DNA of 64,000 bases. Source: a virus. A program made the translations under genes and the position numbers. This document shows, in pieces, positions 24,816 through 34,177 of the stretch; position 1 is the stretch's first letter, and each line of letters starts with the position of its first letter. The DNA is taken from IMG/VR virus record IMGVR_UViG_3300035130_000101, positions 1 through 64,000 of that record; one strand, written 5' to 3'. The notes under the pieces were generated by a model. It worked only from the letters and a program-made list of their open reading frames with translations. It searched no databases and had not been told where the DNA came from.

Positions 24816-24836
24816 ATCTACCTACCTCACAAAATC

Positions 24837-24850
24837 TCAATTGCGATTGA
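24837..24850. repeat. junction palindrome
   Basis: TCAATTGCGATTGA; 5 nt after stop 24856. Confidence 0.65.
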
Positions 24851-24855
24851 AAAAA

Positions 24856-25482
24856 TTATCTACGTGGCCCTCTTAGGCCCGGTGGTCTACCCCTGGTTGC
24901 CGGTTCACTGGTCGGTACAAGCGTACATTGACAACGCCAACCTCCGCAAGCGAGATCACGTGACTGCGGTCGAAGCCCATATCGCTCCCATACACTGGCC
25001 CGGTAAACTCTGCCGTTCAGCCTGGCGCAATCCTCGCAATGCTCAGTTGGCCCAACTACCCATTGCAACTTTTGATCTCCACAGGCCATTGTTTTGGCTT
25101 TTTCTCTGGCCTCACTGTACCTACCAATCCATAGCTCTGCTCTCTGTAAATGAGGCTCAAGCTTTGCACCGGATGATTTATTATTTTCCTCAATGGAATC
25201 ACCAAAGCCAAGCAGATACGGAAACTGAGAATTTATAAACGAATCACGAGCCGCAATTTCTTGGTTTGTTAGTTCGTCTTCGTTGATTCCACAAGATGCC
25301 GCTCCTTCTTTCCAGGCTATCCGCAAATGTCTAGTTATGGCAAAATTCATCGTATCAAAAAAGTCGAATACGGTACTTTCGCCTAACCACAAACGACGTA
25401 CAGCCGACCTAACAGCCAGCCGGTAGTCAGAAATAGCTTTCGTGTGGTCTAGCCAGGATTCGACATCTGCCAAGTTGTCCAT
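24856..25482 (-). CDS. MuF/SPP1 gp7-like head morphogenesis protein
   Basis: The C-terminal EHCEDCARLNGRVY...CGGWRCQCTL is the typical Mu F-like motif. It lies downstream of the portal gene. Confidence 0.7.
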   Translation of the reverse strand: MDNLADVESWLDHTKAISDYRLAVRSAVRRLWLGESTVFDFFDTMNFAITRHLRIAWKEGAASCGINEDELTNQEIAARDSFINSQFPYLLGFGDSIEENNKSSGAKLEPHLQRAELWIGRYSEAREKAKTMACGDQKLQWVVGPTEHCEDCARLNGRVYRASVWERYGLRPQSRDLACGGWRCQCTLVPTSEPATRGRPPGLRGPRR

Positions 25483-25931
25483 CAGTCCTTCAAGAAATCT
25501 TCCGTAGTATAAGAATTAATGTCTTCGACTAACTCGGCAGATGTGGAATCAATGATAATTTTAGTATGCGGATGCCAATAGTCATTAAGCCATTTTATTA
25601 GCTCTCTCGTCAATCGTTCAAATTCGTCTTTTGCCTGTTCATTTATATTCATCGGCTTTTCACTCCCACGCTTCCCATATATGCAGGCTTCGACATCCTT
25701 CAAACATTCATTTAGAATAGCGGAAATCTCATCCACTTTGAACTTGTAACCGTCATCTGATTCATAATCGGTCAAGATGACTTTTTCGATGTCAAAAAGC
25801 ATTTCTGCCATCCGCGCAATAATCATCTTGACATTGTGACCATCCGTACCGTGTCCGAAATCTTGCTTATACACTTGGCAAAACTCAATCTCTTTTTGCT
25901 GTCTCTCATCAAATAGAATAAGCCAACTCAT
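25482..25931 (-). CDS. hypothetical protein
   Basis: 149-aa acidic ORF. Confidence 0.5.
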   Translation of the reverse strand: MSWLILFDERQQKEIEFCQVYKQDFGHGTDGHNVKMIIARMAEMLFDIEKVILTDYESDDGYKFKVDEISAILNECLKDVEACIYGKRGSEKPMNINEQAKDEFERLTRELIKWLNDYWHPHTKIIIDSTSAELVEDINSYTTEDFLKD

Positions 25932-25946
25932 CTGTCTGCCTTTCTT

Positions 25947-26423
25947 TTATACTTCCCACGCTTCCCATATTTGCCTAAGAAATCTAGTCTCGTAATCCGA
26001 TAAGCCAAACCTATCTTGTCTAGTTTTCCAGGTCTTATCAATATCCGTTTCAGTATCACGTTGTTGTCTAGCAACTTCCCAATCACATAACATCTCCAAA
26101 ATATCACCCAATGGCATACTCAAAATACCATCAGGCCAATATTCAGGGTGATGACTATTACGAGAAACGTGCAATCTTGCAGCGTTATTATTATGTACTA
26201 TGGCTTCATACTCAGGTGAGCCATATTCATACTTTCGGGCATTATCAAGTTGGCAAAATCCCCCGAATTCTTCAAGGTCGAATTTGCTAAGGTCGTGTCT
26301 ATCTGCCCTGTCCTCTAAGTCGCGGGCAAGTTTCCTGAGAAGATTGGCAACTCTTTGACGATGCTCGATTATCTTAACCAGCGTTATGATCTCGGAACTT
26401 GTTTCCATCTTTATATCTCCCAC
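25947..26423 (-). CDS. HD-domain-like hypothetical protein
   Basis: RHDLSKFD...SRNSHHPEYW is His/Asp metal-site-like. This is a guess. Confidence 0.45.
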   Translation of the reverse strand: MGDIKMETSSEIITLVKIIEHRQRVANLLRKLARDLEDRADRHDLSKFDLEEFGGFCQLDNARKYEYGSPEYEAIVHNNNAARLHVSRNSHHPEYWPDGILSMPLGDILEMLCDWEVARQQRDTETDIDKTWKTRQDRFGLSDYETRFLRQIWEAWEV

Positions 26424-28291
26424 GCCACACAGGACCAGAATCCCGGCGCAAATGGATCTTTCTTACTATCACAATTGTGCCGGGCCATAAATGCCTTACG
26501 CCGCTCCGGGTCACTACGCTTGATAGTCATATTTGGGTCGCCGTAATGGACAACCCGCTCTTTGCCCTGATAACGTACCGTCCGCATATATTTCTTGTCC
26601 GGCCTGGTTGACGCCCGTTGACCGGAGGCCATAACCGTAATGCCGTTGTAGGTGATGCGGGATAGGGCCTTTTCGTCCTGGTCGGCCATACCCTCTTCGG
26701 CGTCATCTTCCGGCTCTTCCTCTTCTACCATCTCTTCACTGTCCGGCTCCGGCTCCGCTGCCATCATCGGTTCTGCCATCCGCAGGCCCTTCAATTTCTG
26801 CAAGGCCGCCAATGCCATACTTGCCTGTACCTTGATCTTACTCCGCGCATTAGACATCAAGACCCGCTGCATAGTCAGTATCGCTTCCTCGATTTGCTCA
26901 GGCGTGGCATCCAACGGCGGCAGGACTTCAGTATATTCCGGTGACTGGAAGAGCGCCAGCACATCTTCACCGTCCGGCGTTCGACCATCGGCCAATTCCA
27001 TCGCAATGAATTGCGCTTCGGTAATCTCACCACTCTCGACCATCGCCTCTCTTTCGGTGCGAATATCTGTCACGCCGAGAGACAAGTCCTTTTCCCGGCG
27101 CTCGCTTCTGACATTGCGAATATCGGCGTTAAGCTTGTCTTGTTCGTCATCCTGGTAATCGAATACGAGCCTAAGATATGGCGGTAGGAACTTGGCTTCA
27201 ATCTGCTGTGTGGCCTGTCCAATAATCACGCCCGGTCCCTTGCCACGCATCTTTAAATGTTGCACTTCGGCGTCGGCTTTCGTCTGGCCGGCTACGCCAA
27301 AAGCAAAGGCAAGTTGACGCATATCCACGCCAAAAGCCAGGGCCAGAACTGCCATTCCAAGCTGAGTATCGGTCATCGAATCAAAGCCATCTGGCAACGA
27401 GGCAAAATCTAACAGCCTTATTGCGCCCTTGACAGCCGCAACAGGTAACTTGGCATATCTGGTCAAGCCTTGATTATCCATCACCTCATCAGTTCCTCTT
27501 AAGGCAACTGATACAGCCGTTGCCTCTCTTACGCTGCCATCACCGCCCTCAATAGCAACCATCCCTCTGTATGGCCGGCTACCGAGTTTTTCCTGCTTGT
27601 ACCGCCCCTCGTCTATCAGGTTTTGCGCTACGTTCACGGCCCGGCTCACAGCGCAAAAGCCCACGCCGTACATAGAGCCGATGGGGGCTGACTGGGGAGT
27701 GAGATTGATAACCCGGCTTTTGTGTAACCGGTATCTTGCGCCGTCCATATCGGTATAGATAATCGGATATTCAGGATTCTGCGTCCGCCAGCAGTCGCAG
27801 CCGTCAAGGTGAATGAGTTTGGTAGGTGGCCCCTGGAGAGGTTCGTCACCCCGGCCCGGTCCCTCGATGACCATAAAAGCGCCGTTATCGATGGTATGAT
27901 AATCCTCGATAAAAGCGCCGTAGCAAGCAGGCCAGCCCTGTACCGTGAAGTTGCTACGGCTCTCAGAGTTGTTCTGCAAAATCCTGGTGTACTCTTCGGC
28001 TTCCCTGACGTAGCTCTTGATAGTGTTGTCACGAGCTACCACCTTGACCGGCATTGCTACCATCATATCCCGCAAGGTGTTGACCGTGCCGGATAGATGA
28101 TCGCTCAATTTCCAGAACTTGCGTAACTCGTTGTCACGGGCCTGTGACCACCAGGCCGGCAATAGCTCGCCGGCGACGGCTAACCAGGCGTAGAAGGGAA
28201 AGCCGCCATAAGCCGTATCGTCATCTCGTGGGGGAAAGACTTCTTTTGTCTCAAGAGCCGCTGCTAATGCTTGTTCCTGTCCGTTATCCAT
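26411..28291 (-). CDS. portal protein with C-terminal extension
   Basis: 626 aa. It lies immediately downstream of the large terminase (ATGA-type junction). An acidic tract EPEPDSEEMVEEEEPEDDAEEG is followed by a ~90-aa extra domain. Confidence 0.75.
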   Translation of the reverse strand: MDNGQEQALAAALETKEVFPPRDDDTAYGGFPFYAWLAVAGELLPAWWSQARDNELRKFWKLSDHLSGTVNTLRDMMVAMPVKVVARDNTIKSYVREAEEYTRILQNNSESRSNFTVQGWPACYGAFIEDYHTIDNGAFMVIEGPGRGDEPLQGPPTKLIHLDGCDCWRTQNPEYPIIYTDMDGARYRLHKSRVINLTPQSAPIGSMYGVGFCAVSRAVNVAQNLIDEGRYKQEKLGSRPYRGMVAIEGGDGSVREATAVSVALRGTDEVMDNQGLTRYAKLPVAAVKGAIRLLDFASLPDGFDSMTDTQLGMAVLALAFGVDMRQLAFAFGVAGQTKADAEVQHLKMRGKGPGVIIGQATQQIEAKFLPPYLRLVFDYQDDEQDKLNADIRNVRSERREKDLSLGVTDIRTEREAMVESGEITEAQFIAMELADGRTPDGEDVLALFQSPEYTEVLPPLDATPEQIEEAILTMQRVLMSNARSKIKVQASMALAALQKLKGLRMAEPMMAAEPEPDSEEMVEEEEPEDDAEEGMADQDEKALSRITYNGITVMASGQRASTRPDKKYMRTVRYQGKERVVHYGDPNMTIKRSDPERRKAFMARHNCDSKKDPFAPGFWSCVAWEI

Positions 28292-29931
28292 TATGCTACC
28301 CTCTTACCGTCTACTACCACGACCACGCCGGTATTACGTAAGTCGTTCCAACTCCAAAAGCAGGCGTCCACCAGATCATAGGGCTTGTGCTTGGGTACTC
28401 GGTTTAGCGCCTTTTCCAACGTCGTATGAGTACCGATGACGTGTATGATCTTACCCTTTTCATAATCCGATAGCATCAAGTTCCAGCGATGCACCTTCGG
28501 CCCGTAGCCTGCGCCTGCCTTGTCGCTCACGAAGTCCGGTAGAAAACGGGTTGTGTCGATAGTCCCGTTGCCGTCCGTCACCTGTATTATACCATCAATT
28601 CGCTCGATTTGGGGAAAGTTATCATCCTTGACTAACTCCTCGATAGCCAGGTAGAACTCATCGGCCCACAGGTCGCCGCCCTGGTCGGTTTCCACGCCCA
28701 CCCGGTCAAAGCGTAATTCGACCGCCTTGAGGATAGCTCGCTTAAGGCAATCAAGCGGAGTGGTGATTTGCTCCCAACTCCAAAAGCGGTAGATAACGTC
28801 ATCAACGCCTATGCCGTCGGCGTTGATACCCATACTGTCGCTCTGGTCGGTAGAGGTGACGGCCGGATCGCACCACACGCAGCCGTCCGTCAATTCCGGT
28901 ACGTCGTCAAAAGCGCAATGTCTGAATTCGAGATGATTGAACAGGCCGCCGTCCTGTTGCTCTACTTCGTGTTGCGCCTCTTTGAGAAATGCAGACAAGC
29001 CCCAGGTATTGATAGCATCCTGGCAAACCTGGATATTCTGCCCGTCCCAGGTTGGTGTACCGGCTATGATGGTATAGCCGCCGCCCTCGGTAGCCTCATA
29101 TGCCAAATCATCAATCGCCTTGTATGGTCCTGACACTCGCCTATCCGCCAGAAAGCTGGCCTCGATATCTGACACCCCGGCCAGTTGCGCCGCTATGCCA
29201 TCGGGAATAATCATATTCTGGATAAAGAGAATAGCCGCATCATCGGAGCCAGCGGGGAGTAGCGAGGTGGTCAGGGTGTCCTTTTTCTTTTGGGTGGTTT
29301 TGGGCGAGTCGTGCTTGCCGTCGATATCGTCCAGTATAATAAAGTCGGGCCGGTTTTCTTTTGCCTTCGCCCCACGCCGGGCCGTGTCAAGACCGATGGC
29401 ATCGAGGATAAAGCCGTTAGCGCAGCGTAGCCGTTGCCGCCGCCATCCTTTTGACTGGCCGTACTTGCCCACTTCGCGCTGGGCCATTTCGGGATAGTAA
29501 GCGGCTAGTTGCTCGTTGCCTTCTAAGATGTCGGCAATCGTCCCTACGTGCTGGTCAGCCTGATCTTGCACCTCACAGCAATACCAGCCGTAGAGCCGGT
29601 GGCTTTCAGCGCCCAGTCGGATTGCCGCCAGCTCTGCGCTTGTCGATTTCGTCCCACCTCTCGGCCAGATAGCCACCAACGGAGCCGGCCTAATGCCCTT
29701 GCGGATTGACCAGACCCATTGCCAGAACTCGGTGTGTCGCTGGGCAAATGGAGCGGTTACGTAGGTTGGGAATATGGTTGTTAGCCACTCTTGCCAATCG
29801 AGCGGCGGTATCTTCTTTCGGTGTAAATCTTGCAATTTCCCGGCAGTTTCCATAAGGAACTGCTGCCGAGCCACAGGATGCAACGATTTGAACCACGTTA
29901 TTAGCTTCGGGTCAATCGTTCGTGGTTGCAT
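28291..29931 (-). CDS. terminase large subunit
   Basis: 546 aa. Walker A-like WPRGGTKST, Walker B-like DFIILDDIDG, and a C-terminal nuclease-like region. It is flanked by the small terminase and the portal. Confidence 0.8.
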   Translation of the reverse strand: MQPRTIDPKLITWFKSLHPVARQQFLMETAGKLQDLHRKKIPPLDWQEWLTTIFPTYVTAPFAQRHTEFWQWVWSIRKGIRPAPLVAIWPRGGTKSTSAELAAIRLGAESHRLYGWYCCEVQDQADQHVGTIADILEGNEQLAAYYPEMAQREVGKYGQSKGWRRQRLRCANGFILDAIGLDTARRGAKAKENRPDFIILDDIDGKHDSPKTTQKKKDTLTTSLLPAGSDDAAILFIQNMIIPDGIAAQLAGVSDIEASFLADRRVSGPYKAIDDLAYEATEGGGYTIIAGTPTWDGQNIQVCQDAINTWGLSAFLKEAQHEVEQQDGGLFNHLEFRHCAFDDVPELTDGCVWCDPAVTSTDQSDSMGINADGIGVDDVIYRFWSWEQITTPLDCLKRAILKAVELRFDRVGVETDQGGDLWADEFYLAIEELVKDDNFPQIERIDGIIQVTDGNGTIDTTRFLPDFVSDKAGAGYGPKVHRWNLMLSDYEKGKIIHVIGTHTTLEKALNRVPKHKPYDLVDACFWSWNDLRNTGVVVVVDGKRVA

Positions 29932-30454
29932 CGCTCTCCATTGCCGCCATAGTCAATATCTCAAGGAATTGACGTTGAACCTCATCACTATTCAGGCTAT
30001 CCGGCAACGTTTGCCGCCAGTCGATCTTGACCGGCGCGTCAAGACCGAACAACTTAAGCCGCCGGTCGATGCACCAACGGATACCGGCTAAAAAGCTCTC
30101 GTTGCCGGTCATCTGTTCCTGTTTGGTACTGACTTCGTTGCGCTCGCTTTCAGCTTCACTGACTACTTTGGCGGTACTGCTTTCCTTGACCTGCAACGAC
30201 CGCTGCCAGGCTTGCCAGTATTCGACTTCTAAGTTGTCTATCTTTGCAAGCTCGATAGCTACCCGTTCATTGAAATTGACAAGGGAGGATTCAAGCCACT
30301 TGGCCCGAATAGCCTTGAGGTCATAACCTACCATCTGCCGGGTCATTCCAAGCCGGGCGGCAATATCTACTTGAATGACGCCTTGCAGGTAGAGCCGGGC
30401 GATTTCTACCCGATCACGTTCTATTTGGATTACACTTCGTTTTGGTGCTGCCAT
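29912..30454 (-). CDS. terminase small subunit (HTH)
   Basis: RVEIARLYLQGVIQVDIAARLGMTRQMVGYDLKAI. ATG at 30454; the track's 30460 is a TTG. Confidence 0.65.
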   Translation of the reverse strand: MAAPKRSVIQIERDRVEIARLYLQGVIQVDIAARLGMTRQMVGYDLKAIRAKWLESSLVNFNERVAIELAKIDNLEVEYWQAWQRSLQVKESSTAKVVSEAESERNEVSTKQEQMTGNESFLAGIRWCIDRRLKLFGLDAPVKIDWRQTLPDSLNSDEVQRQFLEILTMAAMESDATTND

Positions 30455-30485
30455 AAGCAAACTTCTTAATGCAAACTAACTTTTC

Positions 30486-30499
30486 TTAATTGCAATTGA
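30486..30499. repeat. junction palindrome
   Basis: TTAATTGCAATTGA; contains the stop codon at 30486-30488 (..LNCN*). Confidence 0.6.
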
Positions 30500-31359
30500 G
30501 ATTTTTTGATAGCACTCGCAACGCCTCTTGTTTGTCGAGCGCCGGGCCGACGTACTCGAAAGAGGCTCGAAGGCGTTTTGTTAATCCACTGATTCCCTTT
30601 TGCTTGGCTAAATCCCGTCCTTTTACCATCGACTTTGTTTTTCTGGTTGGTTTTTGTATCATCACCCAGTTTTTTGACCTATTTCTAGCGTGTATCATTG
30701 CCGGATTGCTCGTTTGAGACTGCCACCGATACCCAACCGCCTTAAACATCGCCCCGACATAATCACTCAAAGCGTTACCAATCCCCACGCCCTGGAAGTC
30801 CGGCAAGCAAACCGTTCGATGTTCCCGCTTGATGTTCTTTGCTTTTGGATGCGGAAAGTGCAACGCTGCCGTAAACGCCACTGGCCTATCGTCATAAAAA
30901 GCGCAGAAGCAAACTGCCGCCGTATTCAAGACGGTGTCTAAATAATGATACTGCCGGAATATTCGCCCAAGCGGTGTGATGAACGCGTTTAACTTCGAGC
31001 TTAATCTCTGGTCGCTGGTGAAGATACCTCCCGGTGTAATATTCGCCCGTGTGAGGCTGATACACCCAATCCGGCTCAAGCCAATCCAGAATGTCATAAT
31101 GCACAGAGACGGCAATAAACTTTTTGTCCTTGCGCCTGATCGCTTTGGATAACGCCGCGCTGCCTATCTGGGCCACGGTCCTATCAACGACACTTGTAAA
31201 CTCATCTATGACAACCAACTCTCGTTCATCGGCCAAAGCCCTGGCCAGCGTCGCCCGGAATTGCTCACCATTCGACAGTACCCGAAACGGACGCAACCAC
31301 GACGGCGGGGAAGAAAAGCCGACAGATGACAGATAGCCGGTGATGTCTTTTGTGCTCAA
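30486..31359 (-). pseudogene. ABC-type ATPase C-terminal half joined to a GNAT-like domain, split by a +1 frame change
   Basis: ORF 30892..31359 has LSNGEQFRATLARAL plus VVIDEFTS but no Walker A upstream. ORF 30486..31115 has FQGVGIGNALSDYV (GNAT motif A). The frames switch near 30955-30975. Confidence 0.4.
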
Positions 31360-31637
31360 GCCGTCTGGAATAGTATCTCTACCGCCCCCACATCGCCCAC
31401 GTTCCTGATCTCTTTCAGCAGTTCTATCGCCTGCCGTGCCTCACTCTCTATCGGCAATGAAGCCACAAGCGCCGAAATGTCTGTACTCTTCATATCGGCG
31501 GTGACAAAGCGGACGGTACTTAGTTTGTGGTTAAGGTACATCGCTGCTATCTTCGTCATCTTCCGGCAAATGAACCCCATTACTCTCTGCGAAAAATGTC
31601 CAGGTTTCTTCCTGCCCCAGTGAGATAAGATTGGCAA
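31356..31637 (-). CDS. hypothetical protein (start uncertain)
   Basis: The track ORF overlaps 31531..31800 by 107 nt; internal Mets at 31559 and 31541 are more likely starts. Confidence 0.35.
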   Translation of the reverse strand: MPILSHWGRKKPGHFSQRVMGFICRKMTKIAAMYLNHKLSTVRFVTADMKSTDISALVASLPIESEARQAIELLKEIRNVGDVGAVEILFQTA

Positions 31638-31800
31638 ATTCGCACCGTAAGATGTCGAAACGTTTGTGCAAATCTTTCAAATCATCCGAGTTTAACTTGA
31701 GTGCCTGTAGTAGCAGCAGGTCATTAAGCTCGGTCCAGTCATTATTGATATGCCTGGTGATCTCGCCAACCCGGTCCATTGTCATTTTTTTTCTGACCAA
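31531..31800 (-). CDS. hypothetical protein
   Basis: 89-aa ORF with an acidic C-terminus. Confidence 0.45.
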   Translation of the reverse strand: MVRKKMTMDRVGEITRHINNDWTELNDLLLLQALKLNSDDLKDLHKRFDILRCEFANLISLGQEETWTFFAESNGVHLPEDDEDSSDVP

Positions 31801-31861
31801 CAGATAGCCTCAGTTAATGAAAGCCTGGATAAAGGCAGATGCTTGCTGACGGTGATGTCTC

Positions 31862-32401
31862 TTAAAGTTCGTTAATTTGACGGTCCACCACCGCCATCTC
31901 TTCTCTAATTTCATTGATTTTGGTCGTCTCCCATTCTATCTCATTTTGTATTTCCGTTGATACATTCATACCCTGCCGGGCCGCGGTATCTCTGGCCTTA
32001 TCGAGATTTTGCATATGCGTCTTGAGCTGGAACCTGAGATGTGTTAAATGGTCCTGCAAAACGTCTCCAAATAACTCTGCGGTTCGACGCTTTACCTGTT
32101 CGGAAACGTTACCATTCTTGGATATATATTCCAGAATTACCAGAAAGATGCGCTCAAACTTATCATCTCTGGACACCAAATAATCGTTAAGTTCCCGAAT
32201 AATATCATCGATGGTGGCCCGTTCTTTGAGCAAATCGAATGTTATTTCGTCTAGCCGGTCAACATTTTTATAAAATTGTGACGAGAAGATACTGAGAACA
32301 TCCTCGATTGTCTTAACCTGCTGTAGACTTTGTTCAAGGCGTTCGTTGAGTTGATATAGTTGTCTAAGGTACTGGAGTATTTCTCTTGGTTCGCTAGACA
32401 C
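31862..32401 (-). CDS. coiled-coil hypothetical protein
   Basis: 179 aa, heptad-like and Glu/Leu/Gln-rich. Confidence 0.55.
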   Translation of the reverse strand: MSSEPREILQYLRQLYQLNERLEQSLQQVKTIEDVLSIFSSQFYKNVDRLDEITFDLLKERATIDDIIRELNDYLVSRDDKFERIFLVILEYISKNGNVSEQVKRRTAELFGDVLQDHLTHLRFQLKTHMQNLDKARDTAARQGMNVSTEIQNEIEWETTKINEIREEMAVVDRQINEL

Positions 32402-32418
32402 ATTGCACTACAAATAAC

Positions 32419-32775
32419 CTATTTCCCGCCGTACAGCAGCCGGCCGTTGGTGATAATCTTCTGACCCAACGTACCAACCAATGTTAGCCAGGCAAAGTCA
32501 ACGGCGGCAGTATTGAGCCAATCTATAAGGCCGGCTTCGACCAGGGCCGGGTAACTTTCGACATCGGACGGTAAGATGAAATTGACGGTAATAACCAACC
32601 CGATGTAACCGATAAGATACGGCATTACCATCCCCCTGAACCACCCGGCCAACTCTGCCCAGTCAAACGAGCCGGTACGCAAAGCGGCGGCAATGGCCAG
32701 CACCACGTCTAGAAAAATGAGGCCAACCAGAATTTGAAACTGTGCGGTTTGCATTACTGCTTGAATCAAGTCCAT
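32419..32775 (-). CDS. holin-like membrane protein
   Basis: 118 aa with 3-4 hydrophobic helices. LIFLDVVLAIAAALRTGSFDW resembles holin family 4-type motifs. Tentative. Confidence 0.45.
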   Translation of the reverse strand: MDLIQAVMQTAQFQILVGLIFLDVVLAIAAALRTGSFDWAELAGWFRGMVMPYLIGYIGLVITVNFILPSDVESYPALVEAGLIDWLNTAAVDFAWLTLVGTLGQKIITNGRLLYGGK

Positions 32776-32777
32776 CG

Positions 32778-33005
32778 TTATTCCCTCCCGGAAAACAGAA
32801 AACGGGCCGCGTTATAGACCCGTTGCAATATAACCTCTTCGCTTGTCACACCTTGCGCCCAGCGCTTGATCTCAGCCGGAGTGCATCCATCCTTAACCGC
32901 CGCTTCTATTTTCGACAACAGGGCCAGGTGATGCTCTTCCAGTAAAAGATAGTCGCGCTCACATAGGGCGCTTTCGATTTCGGTTTGGTGTGTGCTTTTA
33001 GACAT
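32778..33005 (-). CDS. hypothetical protein
   Basis: 75-aa ORF. The promoter -10 ends 6 nt from the ATG. Confidence 0.5.
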   Translation of the reverse strand: MSKSTHQTEIESALCERDYLLLEEHHLALLSKIEAAVKDGCTPAEIKRWAQGVTSEEVILQRVYNAARFLFSGRE

Positions 33006-33011
33006 AATACC

Positions 33012-33040
33012 ATTTTAGCACATTGCCCGTTTTTTTTCAA
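33012..33040 (-). promoter_or_regulatory. sigma70-type promoter, near-leaderless
   Basis: On the minus strand: TTGAAA, 17-nt spacer, TG-C-TAAAAT. The -10 ends 6 nt upstream of ATG 33005. Confidence 0.45.
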
Positions 33041-33050
33041 TAGTGATTGA
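33037..33050. repeat. junction palindrome, variant
   Basis: TCAATAGTGATTGA; overlaps the -35 of promoter 33012-33040. Confidence 0.4.
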
Positions 33051-33358
33051 GAAATTATAGGATTTCTAACTTTTTACGAGTAAGCCCGGCGCAACCATCA
33101 CGCCGGGCTTGCCTTACACACAAGATTAGCACATTGACATACTATTATGCAAAACCGTTTTCCCCAACGGTTCAACTAGAACTCATTATCTCATCAGCAC
33201 TCCTTTCTGTCATACCCACGTTTGCCGTTATCGCCGTCGTTGCACTACCTTGATTCCTACTCCTTAGCCATTCGGTCATCGAGCCAGGGACGGCGGTTGC
33301 TTCACTCGCCGGCATAGTCCTATACCACTAGGTTTACCCCTGCCGGTGAGGTTAGTCA

Positions 33359-33595
33359 CTATCCTAATGGGTCAAGCCCGGCGCGCTCTCTGACCTGATT
33401 GTACTCGGCCAGATGCTCGTCACCGTCCGTCCTCATAGCCGGGGCAGTTTCCACACGATAGTCGATAATGGTATTATCAATCATCGCTACCGCTATGCTG
33501 ATACAGTCATCAACATCATCGGTATCGTCGCTATCGATGCCGGTCAATACCTGCTTGATTTCACGCATCTTGTCAATCAACTCTTGGACTGTCAT
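33359..33595 (-). CDS. hypothetical acidic protein
   Basis: 78 aa; AAGGAG RBS. Confidence 0.5.
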   Translation of the reverse strand: MTVQELIDKMREIKQVLTGIDSDDTDDVDDCISIAVAMIDNTIIDYRVETAPAMRTDGDEHLAEYNQVRERAGLDPLG

Positions 33596-33612
33596 AGTTC
33601 AACTCCTTTTTC

Positions 33613-33626
33613 TCAATTGCAATTAA
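33613..33626. repeat. junction palindrome
   Basis: TCAATTGCAATTAA; overlaps stop 33623-33625 and lies 17 nt from ATG 33595. Confidence 0.6.
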
Positions 33627-34177
33627 GATTTTTTGCGCCAGCCGTGGGCAGTCGGCTCGCTGTTGAGTTTGCGGTAGTTTAGGTCGATAATCTCTTGCCA
33701 GGTTACGCCAAGTTCGCTGATAAATGGCTCAAGACATCCCCAAATGACTTTTAACCGACTAACGTCAATCCATTGTTTGTCGAGGTAGTCATTTAGAATT
33801 GTATAGGAGTTTTGCCCCATTACCGCCAATAGCTTTTTGACCGACCACCGATAGTAGTTCTCTCCCTTTATCTGCTCAAGAGAAATATCGGCAATGTAAC
33901 AGATAATCCTTAGATAATATGTGTAATCCCCTGTTTCGTCCAAGACAAGCGGGGTATAAAAGAGTGTCTCGTTATCACACCGGCAATCCCACTGGCTGGC
34001 CTCTCCGCAATTCTTACACTGCCACCAGGAGAATTGCGGCTTAAATCTCTCTTTGCCGTACAAATCCAGCAACTCGCCCGCTTCCCCTGCCAGCTTGATA
34101 GCCGGGTGCAACGGGTCACTGTGGAGAGGATGGTCCTTAGCGTACCAGGTTAGAAGAGCTTTTTCGATGTCGTTCAT
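33623..34177 (-). CDS. MazG-like nucleotide pyrophosphohydrolase domain protein
   Basis: KLAGEAGELLDLYGK is a typical MazG EExxE-like helix. It also has an inserted Cys cluster CKNCGEASQWDCRC. Confidence 0.5.
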   Translation of the reverse strand: MNDIEKALLTWYAKDHPLHSDPLHPAIKLAGEAGELLDLYGKERFKPQFSWWQCKNCGEASQWDCRCDNETLFYTPLVLDETGDYTYYLRIICYIADISLEQIKGENYYRWSVKKLLAVMGQNSYTILNDYLDKQWIDVSRLKVIWGCLEPFISELGVTWQEIIDLNYRKLNSEPTAHGWRKKS

